A stretch of 64,000 nt of DNA. Source: Lama guanicoe. Taxonomy: Eukaryota. The DNA lies in NCBI GenBank assembly GCA_013239625.1, contig MU053557.1, positions 2,634,123-2,698,122 of the forward strand, given 5' to 3'. Below, in pieces: positions 36,911 to 51,550 of this stretch. The first letter of the stretch is position 1. Each line of letters starts with the position of its first letter. The translations under genes were made by a program, and so were the position numbers. The notes beneath the pieces are model-generated. The model was given only the letters and a program-made list of their open reading frames with translations. It ran no database searches and was not told the DNA's origin.

Positions 36911-37994
36911 AGAGGAAAATGTCAAGGGCAGTGGGTCAGAGTAGAGGGGGCAAGTAAACCTGCTCTGTGGACTAAAGGGTGTCAACACAGAGGAGGTGTC
37001 ATTGGAGCTGGGACCTGAGAACACATGGGACCTGGTGTCAGGAAGAGGTGTCAGCAAAAGCAGGAGTCAGGAAAGTAGAGTGTGCTTGGGGGACAGGAAG
37101 TAGCTAAGCGAGGCAGAAGCAGTTACACAGGGGATTTGCAGCTCTCTACCAAATTTAGCCTACAGAGAGCAATCTGTTTGTTTACCTTCACAAAAGAAAA
37201 CAAAGCCCCATATGGACAGCGGCATTCTTTATTAATCAAAATCAGAGTTTACTTATGCATGATGGGCCACCGGGCTCCACAGGGCTCTCTTCTCAACATT
37301 TTTGAAAAGCCCCAGACGGACTTCTGGTTGTGTAAAGGATAATACAAATAAACAGAAATCATACCAAGGTTTCACTCTGGCTGGATTATTAGCAGATAAC
37401 ATCAGATGGAAGAGGAAGGAGGAGGACATTTAAAAACATCCTTGTATCTTAGACCCAAAGCTCCCAGTGCCAGAAATCTAAAGGCAGGCGTAATCCTGGG
37501 GTCTGGCCATTGTCACTGGCCAAGAGGACTGAATGAGCAGTAACAACCTCTTTGATGTTCATTCATCGCTCAGCACCAATACAGAAATTTCAAAGGCCAT
37601 GATAAGTGGCTTGACAACCTGGAGACAGATGATAAAGTCTCAGCTTCTGATCACTAAACACAATAACTCCCTTATGAACAGGTGCTACTAATTTTTGTTT
37701 TTAAAAGACCTATCTTGTGCTGTCAATCATTTTCAGGTCAATTACATGAGAAACTTTTGACCTGAAGCATACTTAGATCTTGCTAAAATTCAGTTAAGTG
37801 TAAATTTGGGGAAAGGTCCATGTGGTTTAAATAGAGGGGATTGCCCTAGGAATGATTTATATCAAAGGTTACAAACTTAAATGTCAACAGAGCAGTGGCA
37901 AATGATGAGTTGTCTACCAAAATCAGGACTTGGCTTCTTCTGCAGGAATCAACTTTTAGCCAGGCACGTCATTATGCAGAAACACTTCCCCAGC

Positions 37995-38170
37995 CTCCTT
38001 CGCTTTGGCAGACAGGCTCAAAGCTCACCAAGCTATTTCTCCTGGGCACATAGCTAACACTATTTCCCAGTCTCCTTCGCAGTTAGAAGAGGCCATGTGA
38101 CTGGGTTCTAGCCAATGGATTGGGGGTGGAGATGATATACTCCACGTGCTGGCCCATAAAAAACTCCCCA
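37995..38170 (+). mobile_element. MaLR LTR fragment, MLT1J-like
   Basis: ACACTATTTCCCAGTCTCCTTCGCAGTTAGAAGAGGCCATGTGACTGGGTTCTAGCCAATGGA. Confidence 0.7.
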
Positions 38171-38244
38171 ACTAAATTCTACCTCTGTTTCCACTTAATA
38201 GGAGATGAGAAAGAAATTCAGGGACCAACCTACAGGAAGTCAGA

Positions 38245-38880
38245 CTGTGTGCACCCTCTGAGTCAGAAACCCTACTTCCAAGAAGCTATGCTACAGAAGC
38301 TCTTCATGTGTACATGACAAATGACAAAGAGTCATTTATAGGGCCAGTCACTGTAGCAATGCTTATCATAGTAGAAAATTAGAAACAACTAGAATTACAT
38401 CCATAGGAAAGGAGTTAAGTATATTCTGGAACATCCATACTATAAAATACAATGCAGTCTTTAAAAAGGTTAAGATGGCTCCATAGGTACTGATGAGGAA
38501 AGAACTCTAAGACCTATTGCTGAATACAAAAAGCAAGTTGCAGGATAATTCAGTCCCTGATCCAGCAGATATTTACTGATGGCTTATAGGTCAGGCACTG
38601 TTCTAGACACGAGATAAATGAATGAGCAAGAAAGACAAAAACTCTTGCCCTTAAAAGCACACAGAATGTATATTTTAAAGTCCTAAAACTATATATTAAT
38701 TAGCAATATACATGTATCTGTTTCTCAATGGAAAAAAAGATCCTTAATGATACCCACAAAATTGTTTGTGGCAGTGACCTCTGGAGAGGGAAGCGGAGGT
38801 TAAAGGAGGGGATAGTAACTTTCTGGTCTATAATCTTCTATGTTGTTTGAATTCTGTTTTATGGGAATACATATGTACAT
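38245..38880 (+). mobile_element. Old L1ME 3' region with an embedded L2 fragment
   Basis: AAAATTAGAAACAACT...CATCCATACTATAAAATACAATGCAG...AAAAAGCAAGTTGCAG...CAGTGACCTCTGGAGAGGG. Confidence 0.65.
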
Positions 38881-40151
38881 TTGAATTCCTTTCAATGGAA
38901 TGCATTTCAGTAATGGAACCAAAAACCTGTTTTGTAAAGGCCTCCCCGGAATCCCTTAAGGGCCTCTATGAAGAAGAGTGAGACATTTTTTCTCCTCCTT
39001 CAACCAGCACCTTAATCTACTTTATTTACATCCATAAGGAAGATTTTTTTTTTGATCAAAGGCTTGTGTGGCAACAAAGTTTAAGAATAGCCAACCTTGC
39101 TCATTAGTAGAAAGTTAAAATACACAAAGGAATAAGGAATAAGGATGAAAACATCATTTGGGCCAAACACCGGACTGATCTCAGATCATGTAAAGATTCT
39201 GATTCTCCAATTCTTTTATTGCTAAGGCTTCTCTGCCTGTAAAGGACAAGATTTCAGCTTTTCAGACATCAAGTAACACTCAAATAAACATCACAAATGA
39301 GTTCAGATGTGAAAAGCACATTTTCAAACAGAAGAGTTTTTGTTTTATTTTAAAATTGTGCTAGCACCTAAAAGATCTCTGTAGTAGTGAAGATAAAGTT
39401 AATCCAGCAATGCATTTATCACAGTAAACCTCCAGAACAGAAATACATTACTTCCCTCTGATGGAATTTTAAATCAGCATGAGGGATTAAACAGTATTAT
39501 CCAGCTGATGGAGAGGGCCTTGGAAAACACAATGGATTATGGGAAGTGACCAACATGTGCACTACTGTTTGTGTTCCAGGAACTCTTTTTGGATTTCTGT
39601 GATTAATATGTCTGATATAATTCTGGGAAGGTGGTATCTTCTCTCCCTTAACTTCTCATTTCATCTTCTCAAAAGGTCTGCACAAAGCAGAACCAGGCTT
39701 CATGCTCTTCTTTTAGACCATGGTTTACACGATCAGGATTTGAATTGAAGCAGTGGAAGTGGCCTCTCACATCTGCATTTCCTCTTTGAGTGTCTGGCTG
39801 ACTAGGGGAAAGAGAGCACATTCTCCCTGATGTTAGCACATCCACTGAAATCATGAATTCTGGCCTACCAGAATAATATATAAAATAAAATAATACATCA
39901 ATGTTGTCTGAAAGAGTACAGAGTAAGTGGACTGAATGGCACACAGAACCCAAAGTCAATCAAAGTCTATTCTTCCTTTCTTTTACATCCCTTCAGTTTG
40001 CTCTACATTTGAGTGGTCTCTTCTAAGTTTTATTCTGTCTATATAAAATAAAGCAACTACACAGCTATTTCAGAAAAAAGTTGTCTCCCCATCGATTCAG
40101 CTTTGCCTGAAATATCTTAACCGTAGAGGCCCGTTTTAACTGCTGTGAGAT

Positions 40152-40196
40152 TTGTTTGTTTGTTTGTTTTTGTGTGTGTGTGTGTGTGTGTGTGTG
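40152..40196. repeat. (TTTG)n(TG)n compound microsatellite
   Basis: Read directly from the sequence. Confidence 0.9.
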
Positions 40197-40789
40197 AATT
40201 ATCCAGATTGTCCGTTCTCTAGCACTCAGTGATAGGCTATCCCCCTAGATCTGTCTTCCCCCAAATACTTCATCCTTCCAACTTCCCCCTTCCCCCACCC
40301 CAAGACAGTCCCAGCCTGTGCTAATTGGTAATGTCAGCCACAAGAAAAATCTTAATATTTATAGGCAAAACATGAGATAAAACATACATTTTGAAGGCTT
40401 CATGACTTTTGTGGACTCCTAAGCACTGGATGAACCCAAGCAAGATGAAATCTCTCTCTTTTTTTTTCTTTCTTTCTCTGAGATATTCGAATACTCTTAC
40501 TTGGTGAATGACTTGATTGCACTGTTTTAGTTTTCCTAAAAATAGACAGTGTAGATGATCATCACTTCCCCATGGGTTGTTATAAGCATTAAGTGAGATG
40601 ATGACTGTAAACTGTTTCACGCACAGTGCCTGGCACATGGAAAGCTTTACTAAACAGTAGCTATTACTGATGCTGTTATTAGTACTACCAGTAGTACATT
40701 TTTATTTTAAACTGAATTAAAAATACAGTAAGATCCAAGACCAAAGAGCAGAAAGCTTCTTGGATCCAGATTTTAGTAAAAATCAGGAA

Positions 40790-43590
40790 TAAACTTCCTA
40801 ATGAGGCAAATATTAAAAAAAAATGGAACGCATTAAACATTACTACCAACCTTACAGAAATACAAGAGATTATCAGAGTATACTGTGAACAACTGTACAT
40901 CGAAGGCTGGATAACCTAGATAACAAATTCCTTTTACTGACTCAAGAAAAAATAGAAAATCTGAATAAACCCATAACAAAGAGACTGAATCAGTAATGAA
41001 ACAAAGAAAAGCCCAGAACAAGATGTAATCACTGTGAATTCTACCAAACATTTAAAGAATTAATATCAATCCTTCTCAAACTCTTCCAAAAACACCAGAG
41101 AGGAGGATATACTTCCTTACTCATTCTATGACACCAGCATTACTGTGATACCAAAGCCAGACAAAGGCTTTACAAGAAAAAAACCAAAACCCAACTACAG
41201 GCTAATATTCCTTATGAATATTGATGTAAAAATCCTCAACAGTTTAATAGGAAAAAGAATTCAACAGTATATTACAAACATTATACACCCTGACCAAGTG
41301 GATTTATTCTAGGACTTTAAGGGTGGTTCAGTGCCTGAAAGTCAATCAATATACTATATACATTAATATAAAGGAATATATGAAGGAAATGAAGGGAAAA
41401 AACACATGATCATCTCAACTAGTGCAAAGCATTTGACAAAATCTAATACCCTTTCATGATAAAAATACTCAATAAATTAGGAACAGAAGATATAAAATTT
41501 CCTGAACCTAATAAAAGTCACATACGAAAAACCCATAACTAATATCAATTCACTGGTGAAAGATTGAAAACTTTTCCCCTTAGATCAGGAACAAGACAAA
41601 GATATCTGTTTTATCACTTCTATTTAACATGATATTGAAAGTTCTAGCCAGAGCAATTAGGTAAGAAAAAGAAATAAAAGGCATCCAATTTGGAAAGTAA
41701 ACTGAAAGTAAAAGTTTCTCCATCCATAGATGACATGGACCTAAAAAACTCTAAATGCTAAGGAATTCAGAAAAAAAAAACCCTGTTTTTTCTAATAATC
41801 AAATTCAGAAAAGCTGCAGGATATAAAATCAATACATAAAAATCAGTTTTTTCTATACATTAGCAATGAGCAATCCAAAAAGGAAATTAAGAAAATAAGT
41901 CCATTTATATTAGCATAAAAAGAATAAAATTCTTAGCAATTAATTTAGCCATGGAGATGCAAGACATCACACACTGAAAACACTGCTGAAAAAAATTAAA
42001 GATCAAAATAAATGAGAAGACATTCGATGTTCATGGATAGAAAGAAACAGTATTTTATAGATGATAGCACTACTCAAATGTGGTATACATACTCAAAGTA
42101 ATATACAAATTCAGTGCAACTGCTATAAAATTCTAATGGCATTTTTTGGTAGAAATCTAGAAAATGGCTCTAAAATTCCTCTGGACTGTTTAAGTTTTAT
42201 GAAGAGCCCACAGCTAACATCACACTCGATGGTGACAGTTGGAAAGCTTTTCCTCCAAGATCAGGAACAAGACAAGAATGCCCACTCATCACTTCTACTC
42301 AACATAGTACTGGAAATCCTAGCGGGAGCAAACAGGTGAAAAATAAATAAGAGGCATGTAAATCAAAAAGGAAGAAGCAAAACTATGACAATCTTATACT
42401 TAAAAAGACCTAAAGAATCCACAAAAAGCTTGTTACAACGAATAAACAAATTCAGCAAAGTTGTAAGATACAAAATCAACACATTAAAATCAATTGTATT
42501 TCTATAGCCTAGCAGTGTATCTAAAAAAGAAATTAAGAAAACAATTCCTTTTACAATAGCATAAAAAGGCATACTTAGGAATAAACTTTACCAAGCAGGT
42601 AAAAGACTATCACACCAAAAACTACAAAATATTGATGAAAGAAATTAAAGAAAGCACAAACAAGTAGACAGACATTTCACATTCATGGATTAGCAGACAA
42701 TGTTGTCAAAATGTCTACACTACCCAAAGAGATCTATAGATTCGATATGATCCTCATCAAAATCCCAGTGGCATTTTTTACAGAAATAGAAAACAATCCC
42801 CAAATTCGTATGGAACCACAGAAAACCCAGAATAAGCCAAAGACCTCTTAAGGAAGAAGAATAAAGCTGTAGGCATCACAATTCCTGATTTCAAAATATT
42901 ATACAACACTATAGTAATTCAACAGTGTGATACTGATGTAGTGATAGACACAGACCAATGGAACAGAACAGAGAGCCCAGAGTTAAACCCACACACACAT
43001 AAAGATGCCAAGAATACACAATGGAGAAAAAATAGTCTCTTCAACAAATGCTGTTGGGGAAACAGGATATTCACAGAAATATATGACTTGGCAATGTACC
43101 CCAAGGAATTGCAAGCAGGGACTCAGCTGCTTGTACACAAATGTTCATGGAGCATTATTCACAATAGTCAAGAGGTAGGAACAACCTAAGTTTCACGTAG
43201 TATACATATACAATGGAATATTATTCAGCTATAAAAAGAATAAAGTTCTGATATATGCTACAACACAGATAAACCATGAAAACATTATGCTAAGTGAATG
43301 AAGTCAGACACAAATGGACAATTATTTTATGATTCCACTTACATGAAATACCTAGAATAGGCAAATTCATAGAGACAGAAAAAAGATTAGAGGTTACTAG
43401 GGATAAGGAGGAGGAAGAAATGAGAAACCACTACTCAATGGGTATAAAGTTTCTGTCTGGGCTAATGAAAATTTTTGGAAATAGTAGGGGTAGACGCATA
43501 ACATTGTGACTGTAATTAATGCCAGTGAATTGTACACTTCAAATGGTTAAAATGGTAAATCTTATGTTATATACATTTTATCACAATAAA
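40790..43590 (+). mobile_element. Composite old L1 (ORF2 remnants plus L1MB-like 3' end)
   Basis: ORF2 hallmarks: GATACCAAAGCCAGACAAAG, ATGATCATCTCAA, AGATCAGGAACAAGACAA (twice), ATAGATGACATG (RT xxDD), AGACCAATGGAACAGAA and TTCAACAAATG. The 3' end reads AAATGGTTAAAATGGTAAAT...CACAATAAA. Confidence 0.93.
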
Positions 43591-44231
43591 GAAGCAATTT
43601 CATTGTTGAGATTAGTAATACCACCATACTATTACATATACAAAACCATTCAAAACTTTTGTATGCATTATTTAGAAAAGAAAAAGTACTCTGAGTGTTG
43701 GAATTTAGATAGATTTTTGGCTAAGACAGCTACAACAGTTAAAATTTAATTGATTACATTGCCTTCATCAATTTATTAGTTAATATTAATTAATATATAC
43801 TAATTCTGCCTAATCTATTAATAAAAAGATATAAACATTTGTTAAAAATGAGTGCACTGCTATGAGGCATTAAATTTTCCAGCACTGAGGCTATTCATAA
43901 AAAAATTGGATAATCACTCAGCAGGGAGATCCTAGAAGGAATTACACAAACGGCAGGATGTTGGGCAAGATGTGAGTCCAAACTACCTTCTACTTTTAAA
44001 AGTCTAAGCTTCTATGAGAACCGGACACAAACAACACATTCCCAAGGTTAAACCATTTCTTTCTTCCTGAAGCTGTGGCAACCCTTTGGGTTCCACCCAG
44101 AACTACTGGTAACAATTCCAGTTCCTGATTTGATGATGACTTCACTGAAAATACTCTGTTATCCACGTCCTGCCTGAAATGTCCAGAGAGCTTTTCAGGT
44201 TGCATAAAGTGATCACCTTAAAATAGTTTTT

Positions 44232-44366
44232 TTTTTTAAACTGACATACAGTCAGTTTACAATGTTGTGTCAGTTTCTGGAGTACAGCATAATAGTTCAG
44301 TCACACACATATATACATGCATTTGTTTTCATGTTCTTTTTCATTATAGGTGACTACAAGAAATTG
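44232..44366 (-). mobile_element. Truncated L1 3' end (antisense)
   Basis: Poly-T, then ACAGTCAGTTTACAATGTTGTGTCAGTTTCTGGAGTACAGC. Imperfect TSD AAATAGTTTTT/AAATGGTTTTT at 44221-44231 and 44367-44377. Confidence 0.85.
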
Positions 44367-45539
44367 AAATGGTTTTTAAATGGACCAGAAATGGACCTTA
44401 AATGGCCAGATGCCTCTATGAAACTATGTAGAAAAATGTTCTCCTGACTCTGTCTGCCCCCAAGTGTCCCTGAAGAGAGCATCTAGACACGTGACACGAT
44501 TAGGAAAGGCATGATAAAGGTGCGAACATAATTTCCCCACATGCTGCCAACCTCAAGCACACAGCCTACTTGGAGGCAATTTGAGTAAAAATTGTCATGA
44601 CTATTGTCGGCATTGTCACTTCTTGGTTTTTTTCTTCCTCGGGACTGTGTCTGATTCATTCTTGATATTACTGACGGCATAAAAATATCACCCCTTTCCG
44701 GCATTCAGTCAAGACCTCTCAAGTTAAATTTTCACTCCTCCTAGACTTTCTCCATCCTGAGTTTTCTGTAACAAAGAGAACTGTGAGGAAAGGAGGTGAG
44801 TGAGTGGCTCAGATTTAAAACGCAGGGGCAAATGGCCCAAAATACAGAGCTGGGCCACAGGAGGCATGTTTAAGTAACAGTTCGGAAAACTCAGAATCTA
44901 AGCATAAACATCTGTGCCTTTCACTCTCTACCTGCTGTCTTGTCTGAAATGAAGATGCTTAAATCTCCATTAGTGGGGCAGGGCCACCCGTCGATGGACA
45001 TACAGAGCTGGACTCCAATCTGCTTTGTGGGTCCTTAGAAGAGCTGCCAGCTGATGAGAAAACATTCGGGGTGGGGGAATCCAGCATGGGGCAGGAGGAA
45101 CACAGCTGGCTGACACTACAGGCACTTACGAACGGCAACGAAACTGCCATTTGATTCGTGGGCTGAGCCAAGCCATCTGGGAAATCTCTCAAAGAAAGTA
45201 GTTGGAAATGACATTTCAGCTCGGATTCTCCTAGTCAAGCTTGCACTTTAAGCCAGAGACTCAAAAATAGCACTCCAACTAGATAGTGTCAACCCAGTGA
45301 CACTTGAATCCCTTTCGCTCTGGTCTTTTGAGAGTGATTTGAGCTCCTCTGGTGATAATAACTCTAGGAACTGAAGGGCGCTGGAAACAGGACTCTGTCC
45401 ACATCTTGTTTCTAGAAAATGGATTACTCTGCTTGCTCTTGACTCTTGGACTTCCTATCACGAGATCTGAACCCGGGGCCTGATGGACAGCAAGGCATGC
45501 AATTGGCATCTGCAGAAACCTTGACATCCCACACTGCAG

Positions 45540-45845
45540 TTCATGATTGGTGTCAGACAAAGGAGTGTAATTAAATGACTGCCAGCCCGATGATAAGGCC
45601 AGTTATTACCGAGGTGTAGTTTCCCCGGGCCTAAAAGACTCATAGTGGTGGCACTGAAGCATGCCGGGGAGAAGATAAAATTTAATTAATAATTTCCTTA
45701 GAGGCCCACAGTCTATTACAACTATGTTCCTTGCTGTTTTCAGCAATGACCTTATAGCTCATAAATGTTACAGATGCGCGCTTGGTCATAGTCTCATCCC
45801 CAGGTTCAATTTACTGGCTCAGGTTGTCCTGCATAATTAGCTAGA
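45540..45845. promoter_or_regulatory. Candidate developmental enhancer / conserved non-coding element
   Basis: Repeat-free stretch with clustered homeodomain, GATA, SOX, TALE, E-box and MARE-like motifs. Motif inference only. Confidence 0.45.
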
Positions 45846-48800
45846 CTGAAATGAAGATTTTGAGATGTGACTGCTAGAAAGTCAGAGGCCCTGCAAAAGG
45901 CAGGAGTGTGCCTCCCTCCCTCTGCTCAGTCCAATGTCTGAATAGACAGTAGAATTTCCTACATTAATACTACGCATTGTGGACAAAGCTGAGGATGAAG
46001 GCAGAGCCTGCTTCTGAGTTCTAGGGGATACATTTTAGTTTCTGTTAGAATTGGAGAGTCTGGACACTAAATTAAGTAGCTTTTTAGGTATTTCATAGAG
46101 TGGCCCAGTCTAATCATTTTAGAAACAAAATCACAAAGAATGATATAACAGGGGAGTAGATTTTTTTTCTCCCACAGTAAAATGCTTGTTCCTTTAATAC
46201 AAAACTACAGTTTTATTTTGGACCTGTTATGTGCCAAACACTTTGTAGACCTACGGGGGAAACAAAAGCCTTAATTATCTCTGGGATCGGTGCCTAACAT
46301 AAAATCTGGGAAATTGTACTTGTTTAAAAAATATCTGTTGCAGGAATAAATCAATGAATTGACTGTGGGATATTTTATCTTTTGAATCATTGAAATCATG
46401 TACAAAATTTCTACAGTCAGGAAGATAACAATAAAACCAATGAACAATGATCATCTCTCCTTTCCTAAACCTGAGAACCAGCGTTAGCTGACTGCCGATG
46501 GTGCCAGGGATACAAAGGATGCTGTGCTGGTTCAGACATTAAAGGCTGACTGTCCAGTAACAAACGTGACTCCTTCAACTTGCCAGAATAAAACCCAAAC
46601 TCTGTGTAGGACATTTTTGGCCTTTATCTTTGGCATCCTCCCCTCCCCATCCTATGCTAGAGCCAAACGAGATTGCTCCTCATTTCCTCCAAACATCCCA
46701 TGCTCTGTTCTAGCACCTGATCAGAAGAGAACCTCAAATGCCTGTTGATGTATGAAATGGAAAGAATTAACCACCATGCTTCCTGCTGCGGACATTTGCT
46801 CTGGTTAGATGTTCTTCCTCAGTTGCTGATCCTTTAAAAAAAAAAATGCTCTCTTTCTATTCTTCAGAGTCTATCCCCAATACTATCTAGAACACAGTAC
46901 ATTATTGGTATCCACTTTGTTCGTTCATTCACTCAGTCACATATATCTCATCTCATTTAAAACGGTGAAGACGTCACACATGTTGATTGAATTGCACAGA
47001 AGGATAGGAATATCTATGGCCCTGGGAGGGTATAGTCTTCCGTGTCAAAATGAATCACCTCCTTCTAATTCTCATCCACATCCCAGACGGTGATGGTGAG
47101 ACCCGTTAACGCTACTGACAGAACACCTCCTATCTGCTCTGGACTGTGCTGACCTCCTTATATATATAACTACCTCCTCTCATGGGCAGCATCACCATAA
47201 TGTTTATGTGTTATTTATTATCCCCATGTTACAAGTAAGGAAACAAAAACTGACACACCAGGTAAACCTGGCCCCAAATTGCACAGCTAGCATTGGCAGT
47301 GTCAAGTCAGTCCAGGTGTAAGCCTAAAATTTTGCTCTTCGCCACTGTGTTATCCTATCTCTCTCTTAATTCTCAAACTCATCATGAGCAGATGTGAAAG
47401 TGTGTCTACTGAATTACATGCTTAAAGAGGAAAACTTGGGCATTACAGTTGCCTGTGTGATGCCAACTATCCAAATGCGTGCAGTCACTTGACCACCTGG
47501 ATATTCAGTCTGCATGAACACAAACATCTGGATATTTGGAAAATGGATGCATTTCAAATTTTGTCTGAGTGCCTGGCTCCATATAACCCCCAGGCAAGGC
47601 ATTTTCCCTGAAAGTAGAACATAGTGACATAAACTGAAAAACAGGACAAAAATGTAAGAAAAAAAGTATATACTGCTTAATTATTACCAATGGAAAAATA
47701 AAATTTCCTTTCAATCTATCACATCACAATGTCTCACAGAATCGGTATTGCCCTACTGTGACACTTTATGAAAAGAGTTCCTTTGAACCAGATAAAATTG
47801 AAATGAGATTCAAATAAAGTGAGAAGGAAGATGCTATGAACGAAGTGAACTTTGGACCAACCCAGATTCTTCCCATCCACTGTCACAGTGAATCAGAATG
47901 TGGATACTGAGGGTCTTAACACTGTTGCTTCAAATCCAAATAAAGATATCATTCTGAACCCTCTTTACATTTAGAGAATCTCAGTTTCAGGATTAATCTA
48001 GCATGCTCAGGATGCAGAAGTTCCCCCTAAGGCAGCTGCCTCTGGCATACCCATGATCTTGCCCTGACTTACAAAGTGACAGTCCAATGAGACGGCTCAC
48101 GGTCCTAGATACTTCAGCCTGACTTGTCAATGACTACCTGACTCCTCCAATTCTTAGCTGAATTTTGGTTTGCTCTCACCTTACCTTGATTTTTCACTCA
48201 TTGCACAAAACACACTGCAACGAAGGGCATGGGAATCCTCCAAATCTAACACTGCAAGAATTGTTTTCTATCTTGCCCACTTTGTTTTACAGAGTTGATT
48301 CGTAGTTTTCCAATCTGTGCTTCATGTATGGTGACCACCTTGGTTTCTGAACTCCCCTTGGTTATTTCTCTAAATCAAATGCTGATACAACTGAGGAGAC
48401 TTGGGGGGTGTGTGTGTGTGAGAGAGAGAGAGACAGAAAAGGAAGGGACGAAGAAAGAAAGAGATAAAGAGAGATGGAAGAGGAGGCAGTGTAGATAGGA
48501 ACATGGAAATAGGATAATTTATCAATACAGAAAAAATTCCTTAAAACTGTTGCCACAGATTCTGACCCTAATTCAGCTTTTAGGAAATTTCCCCCAAAGA
48601 TGCAAAAAGTATGCAGGTATAGTAAGTATTATGACGATACTAACTGGAAACAACCAAGTGTCTAAGAACAGAAGCTCTGTTAAATAAATCAAGGTACATT
48701 TACAGAGTAGATTATTATACAGAAAAGTCTTGTGATAGAGGAATACTTAAGACATGTTTGTGATCTGTTTTTGTGACAGCTGGACACATGGCCATGGTCT

Positions 48801-51550
48801 CATCCTCAAGTTTAATTTATAACTCAGGTTACAGTGAATCATCAACCAGGCTGAAATAAGGATTTTCAGATGTTATTGCTGGAAATGTTATGGGCTCTGT
48901 ATAAGGTGTCGTGTAGGACAGCATAAACCCTCGCTTTGTTAAAAATATATATGCGTGTGGAATAAGGAAACAGACATTTCCCAGAAAATGTTCACAGAAC
49001 TTATCTCTGAGTGCTTTAAGGATCCCTTGTTTCTGACCTATCATTTTCTCTTCAGTTGTTGATTAAGTAGCATAGATTATTTAAACTTTTTTCCACATAT
49101 GCTTTCCTGCATTTTTTTCTTGTTTTTTACAGGCCACAGTTTTTATAGTCAGTGAGAACCATGTTATTTTAGAAATAATGAATGTCAGAGGCTGTAGTTT
49201 TAAAAAACACTCATTGAACACAAAAGAAACTTCTCGAAGGTGGGCGCCTTTCTTTGCAACTGTCAACAGACATGGGATTGCAGACAACACACATGCTCGT
49301 CCCTGCGATGATTTCCCATGAACAGGAGACGAAGCCTCTGAGGGGCTTTAATCACGAAGCATCACTTCCACCCCAGGGCTCTCCAGGAATTTCGTCTTTA
49401 TCTTGCTGGGGGATAGGAAGAGTAAGAAGCTGCGCTTCTGCCTTAGTGATCACATCGCGAGAGCACCAGGGAGAAATAAGACAGGAGTGTGCAGACGCAT
49501 CTTCCTGAGTGTGCCCTTTCGTGTCTGTGGTTAGCAGGTAATTCCTGGATCTACACAACTTGTCCCACAAAGGAAGACGATGTCCTGCAGTGGTGAAGGG
49601 TTGATGAGGATACCTCAAAACCTCTGAAGCCGAGAACAGGCTGGTTAAAAATGTATCCTTTCACTCTTTAAATGGAAATAAGAAAACAGAATGTTTCAAT
49701 CTAATTTTCCCCTGACACTGCATCCAACTTCCAATTTTGTCTGTATTATGAAACTACGTGCAAAGAAGTTTTTCTCAATGACGAGCTATGTATCTATCCA
49801 TTTATTCACCCACCTACCTAAAATTTCACATGGAATCTCTTGACTACAACAAAGAAGGTGAGAAGTTTAGTCTTTTGTCTCCCAATAGAATGAATTTTGA
49901 TGCATCTGTATAAGAAAAGTAGTCATTATTTTCTGTCAAAGATGTTTCCATATCACCCTGAAAAACTGCTATAAATGAAAATTCTTCAAGACCTATTTTA
50001 ATCAAGTAAGAAACATACTAGCACTAGTAACACCAAAAGAAAGTTAATTCAAGACATGCCCCCTTGGAAGTAGTGAACATTTCTTCCACTACAATCTTAT
50101 TTATCCTCTTTACATCTTCAGTAAGTATCACAACTTCAGGAGAAGGCAAACCAGAATTAACATCAATTCAGAATTAGAATTCTAAACACATACAATGTAA
50201 CTATGTATCAGTTTTAAATTTACTATTAAAGTGCTAGATCAGATTGACAAACATAGCAACACAATTTATTTTCTCCTAGATTTCAGTTCTTAAGAAGAAT
50301 GAGTGCCAAATAGACATTAAGACGCTGTCTGTGTTTAGATTAAGGTAAATATCTCCACCTCATGCAAGAAGGTTCCATTACTTTAACTTTACAGAATACC
50401 AGTTTCCTGTTGAGTTCAGCCTTAAGAATAGTGACAAGTAAGAATCATGAAATTTAAGGACTGGATGCACGTAAGTTAGAAATACATTCAGAAATGAATA
50501 AAAGAGGATGAAGAATCAACTTGTGGAACCCAGGACTGCAAAGAGAGAAGCACACAGAAACCGAAAAACACCCACCTGTGCACAGAATACTTTTGAGAAG
50601 AACTTCCTCCTATTGGCCATTTCTGAGCTTTTGGATGACCCTACAACAGCTCCCAATCCCACTCCCTTTCTCTTCACTTTTCTGTGGCACAGGCTTCCGT
50701 AAACACTACTTCGAATGCATCATTGTGGTTCACCCAGGTTGTCAAGTTAAGTGCTCCCTGAGATAGTCAGTCAGGTATCAGTTAGGAAGTTGGCATCTTC
50801 CTGTTTATCCCACATCCTGATAAGGAAAATGTTGCCATTTCCTGAAACCTCTGGCTGGCACAGTGCTTAGTCCACCCAAGGAGCCGCTGATAACCACTGC
50901 CAATTTGCTGTTCTCTGGGGCCGGGTCACTTACAGGCAACTGAAGATATCTATGTTACCCTCTGCTTTCTCCCAGCTCTTAGTTAATAACTCCACTTTTT
51001 TTCACAACTTGTTTTATCCTTCATCCATGGTAATGCTTCTCAATGTCATTCAGAGAGGGGTGATTGGGTTTGACGCTTCCTCTCTCTCCCCACAGCCCCC
51101 CAAGCTGGCAGAGCAAAAAATGAAGACACAATTGAGTATGATGTAACCTAGCAAGTTCCTTCTTATTACAGATCAGTCTTTAGAGAAAGAGAAAAGACTC
51201 CTGAGAGCAATGTAAGAATAGGACCTCTACAATTCTCTTTAATTCAACCACCTCAGGGAACTTTTATGATCAAACTAACAATGACTCGTGTTATTTACTT
51301 AATGATTATTCCAACCCCAGCCCGATGCAAAATGCTTTCTAGGGTTTATCTTAACAAATCCCCATTTATCTTAACAAATCCCCATTTTGCAGATGAAGAA
51401 ACTAAAGCATCAGGAGGTTAGGGATTTGCCCTAAGGTCACTGGGCTCTTAAGTAGTGGATCTAGGATTGAACTTTAGGTTTGTCCAAAATCAAACAAATG
51501 AAAATAGTGCTTGTAATCACTCAGTTATTTTCTTTCCCATGGCCTGTGTT

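Noticed and set aside
42061..43189. L1 ORF2-like ORFs as an active retrotransposon
   Set aside because: They are heavily frameshifted and 5'-truncated, with no ORF1 or 5'UTR.
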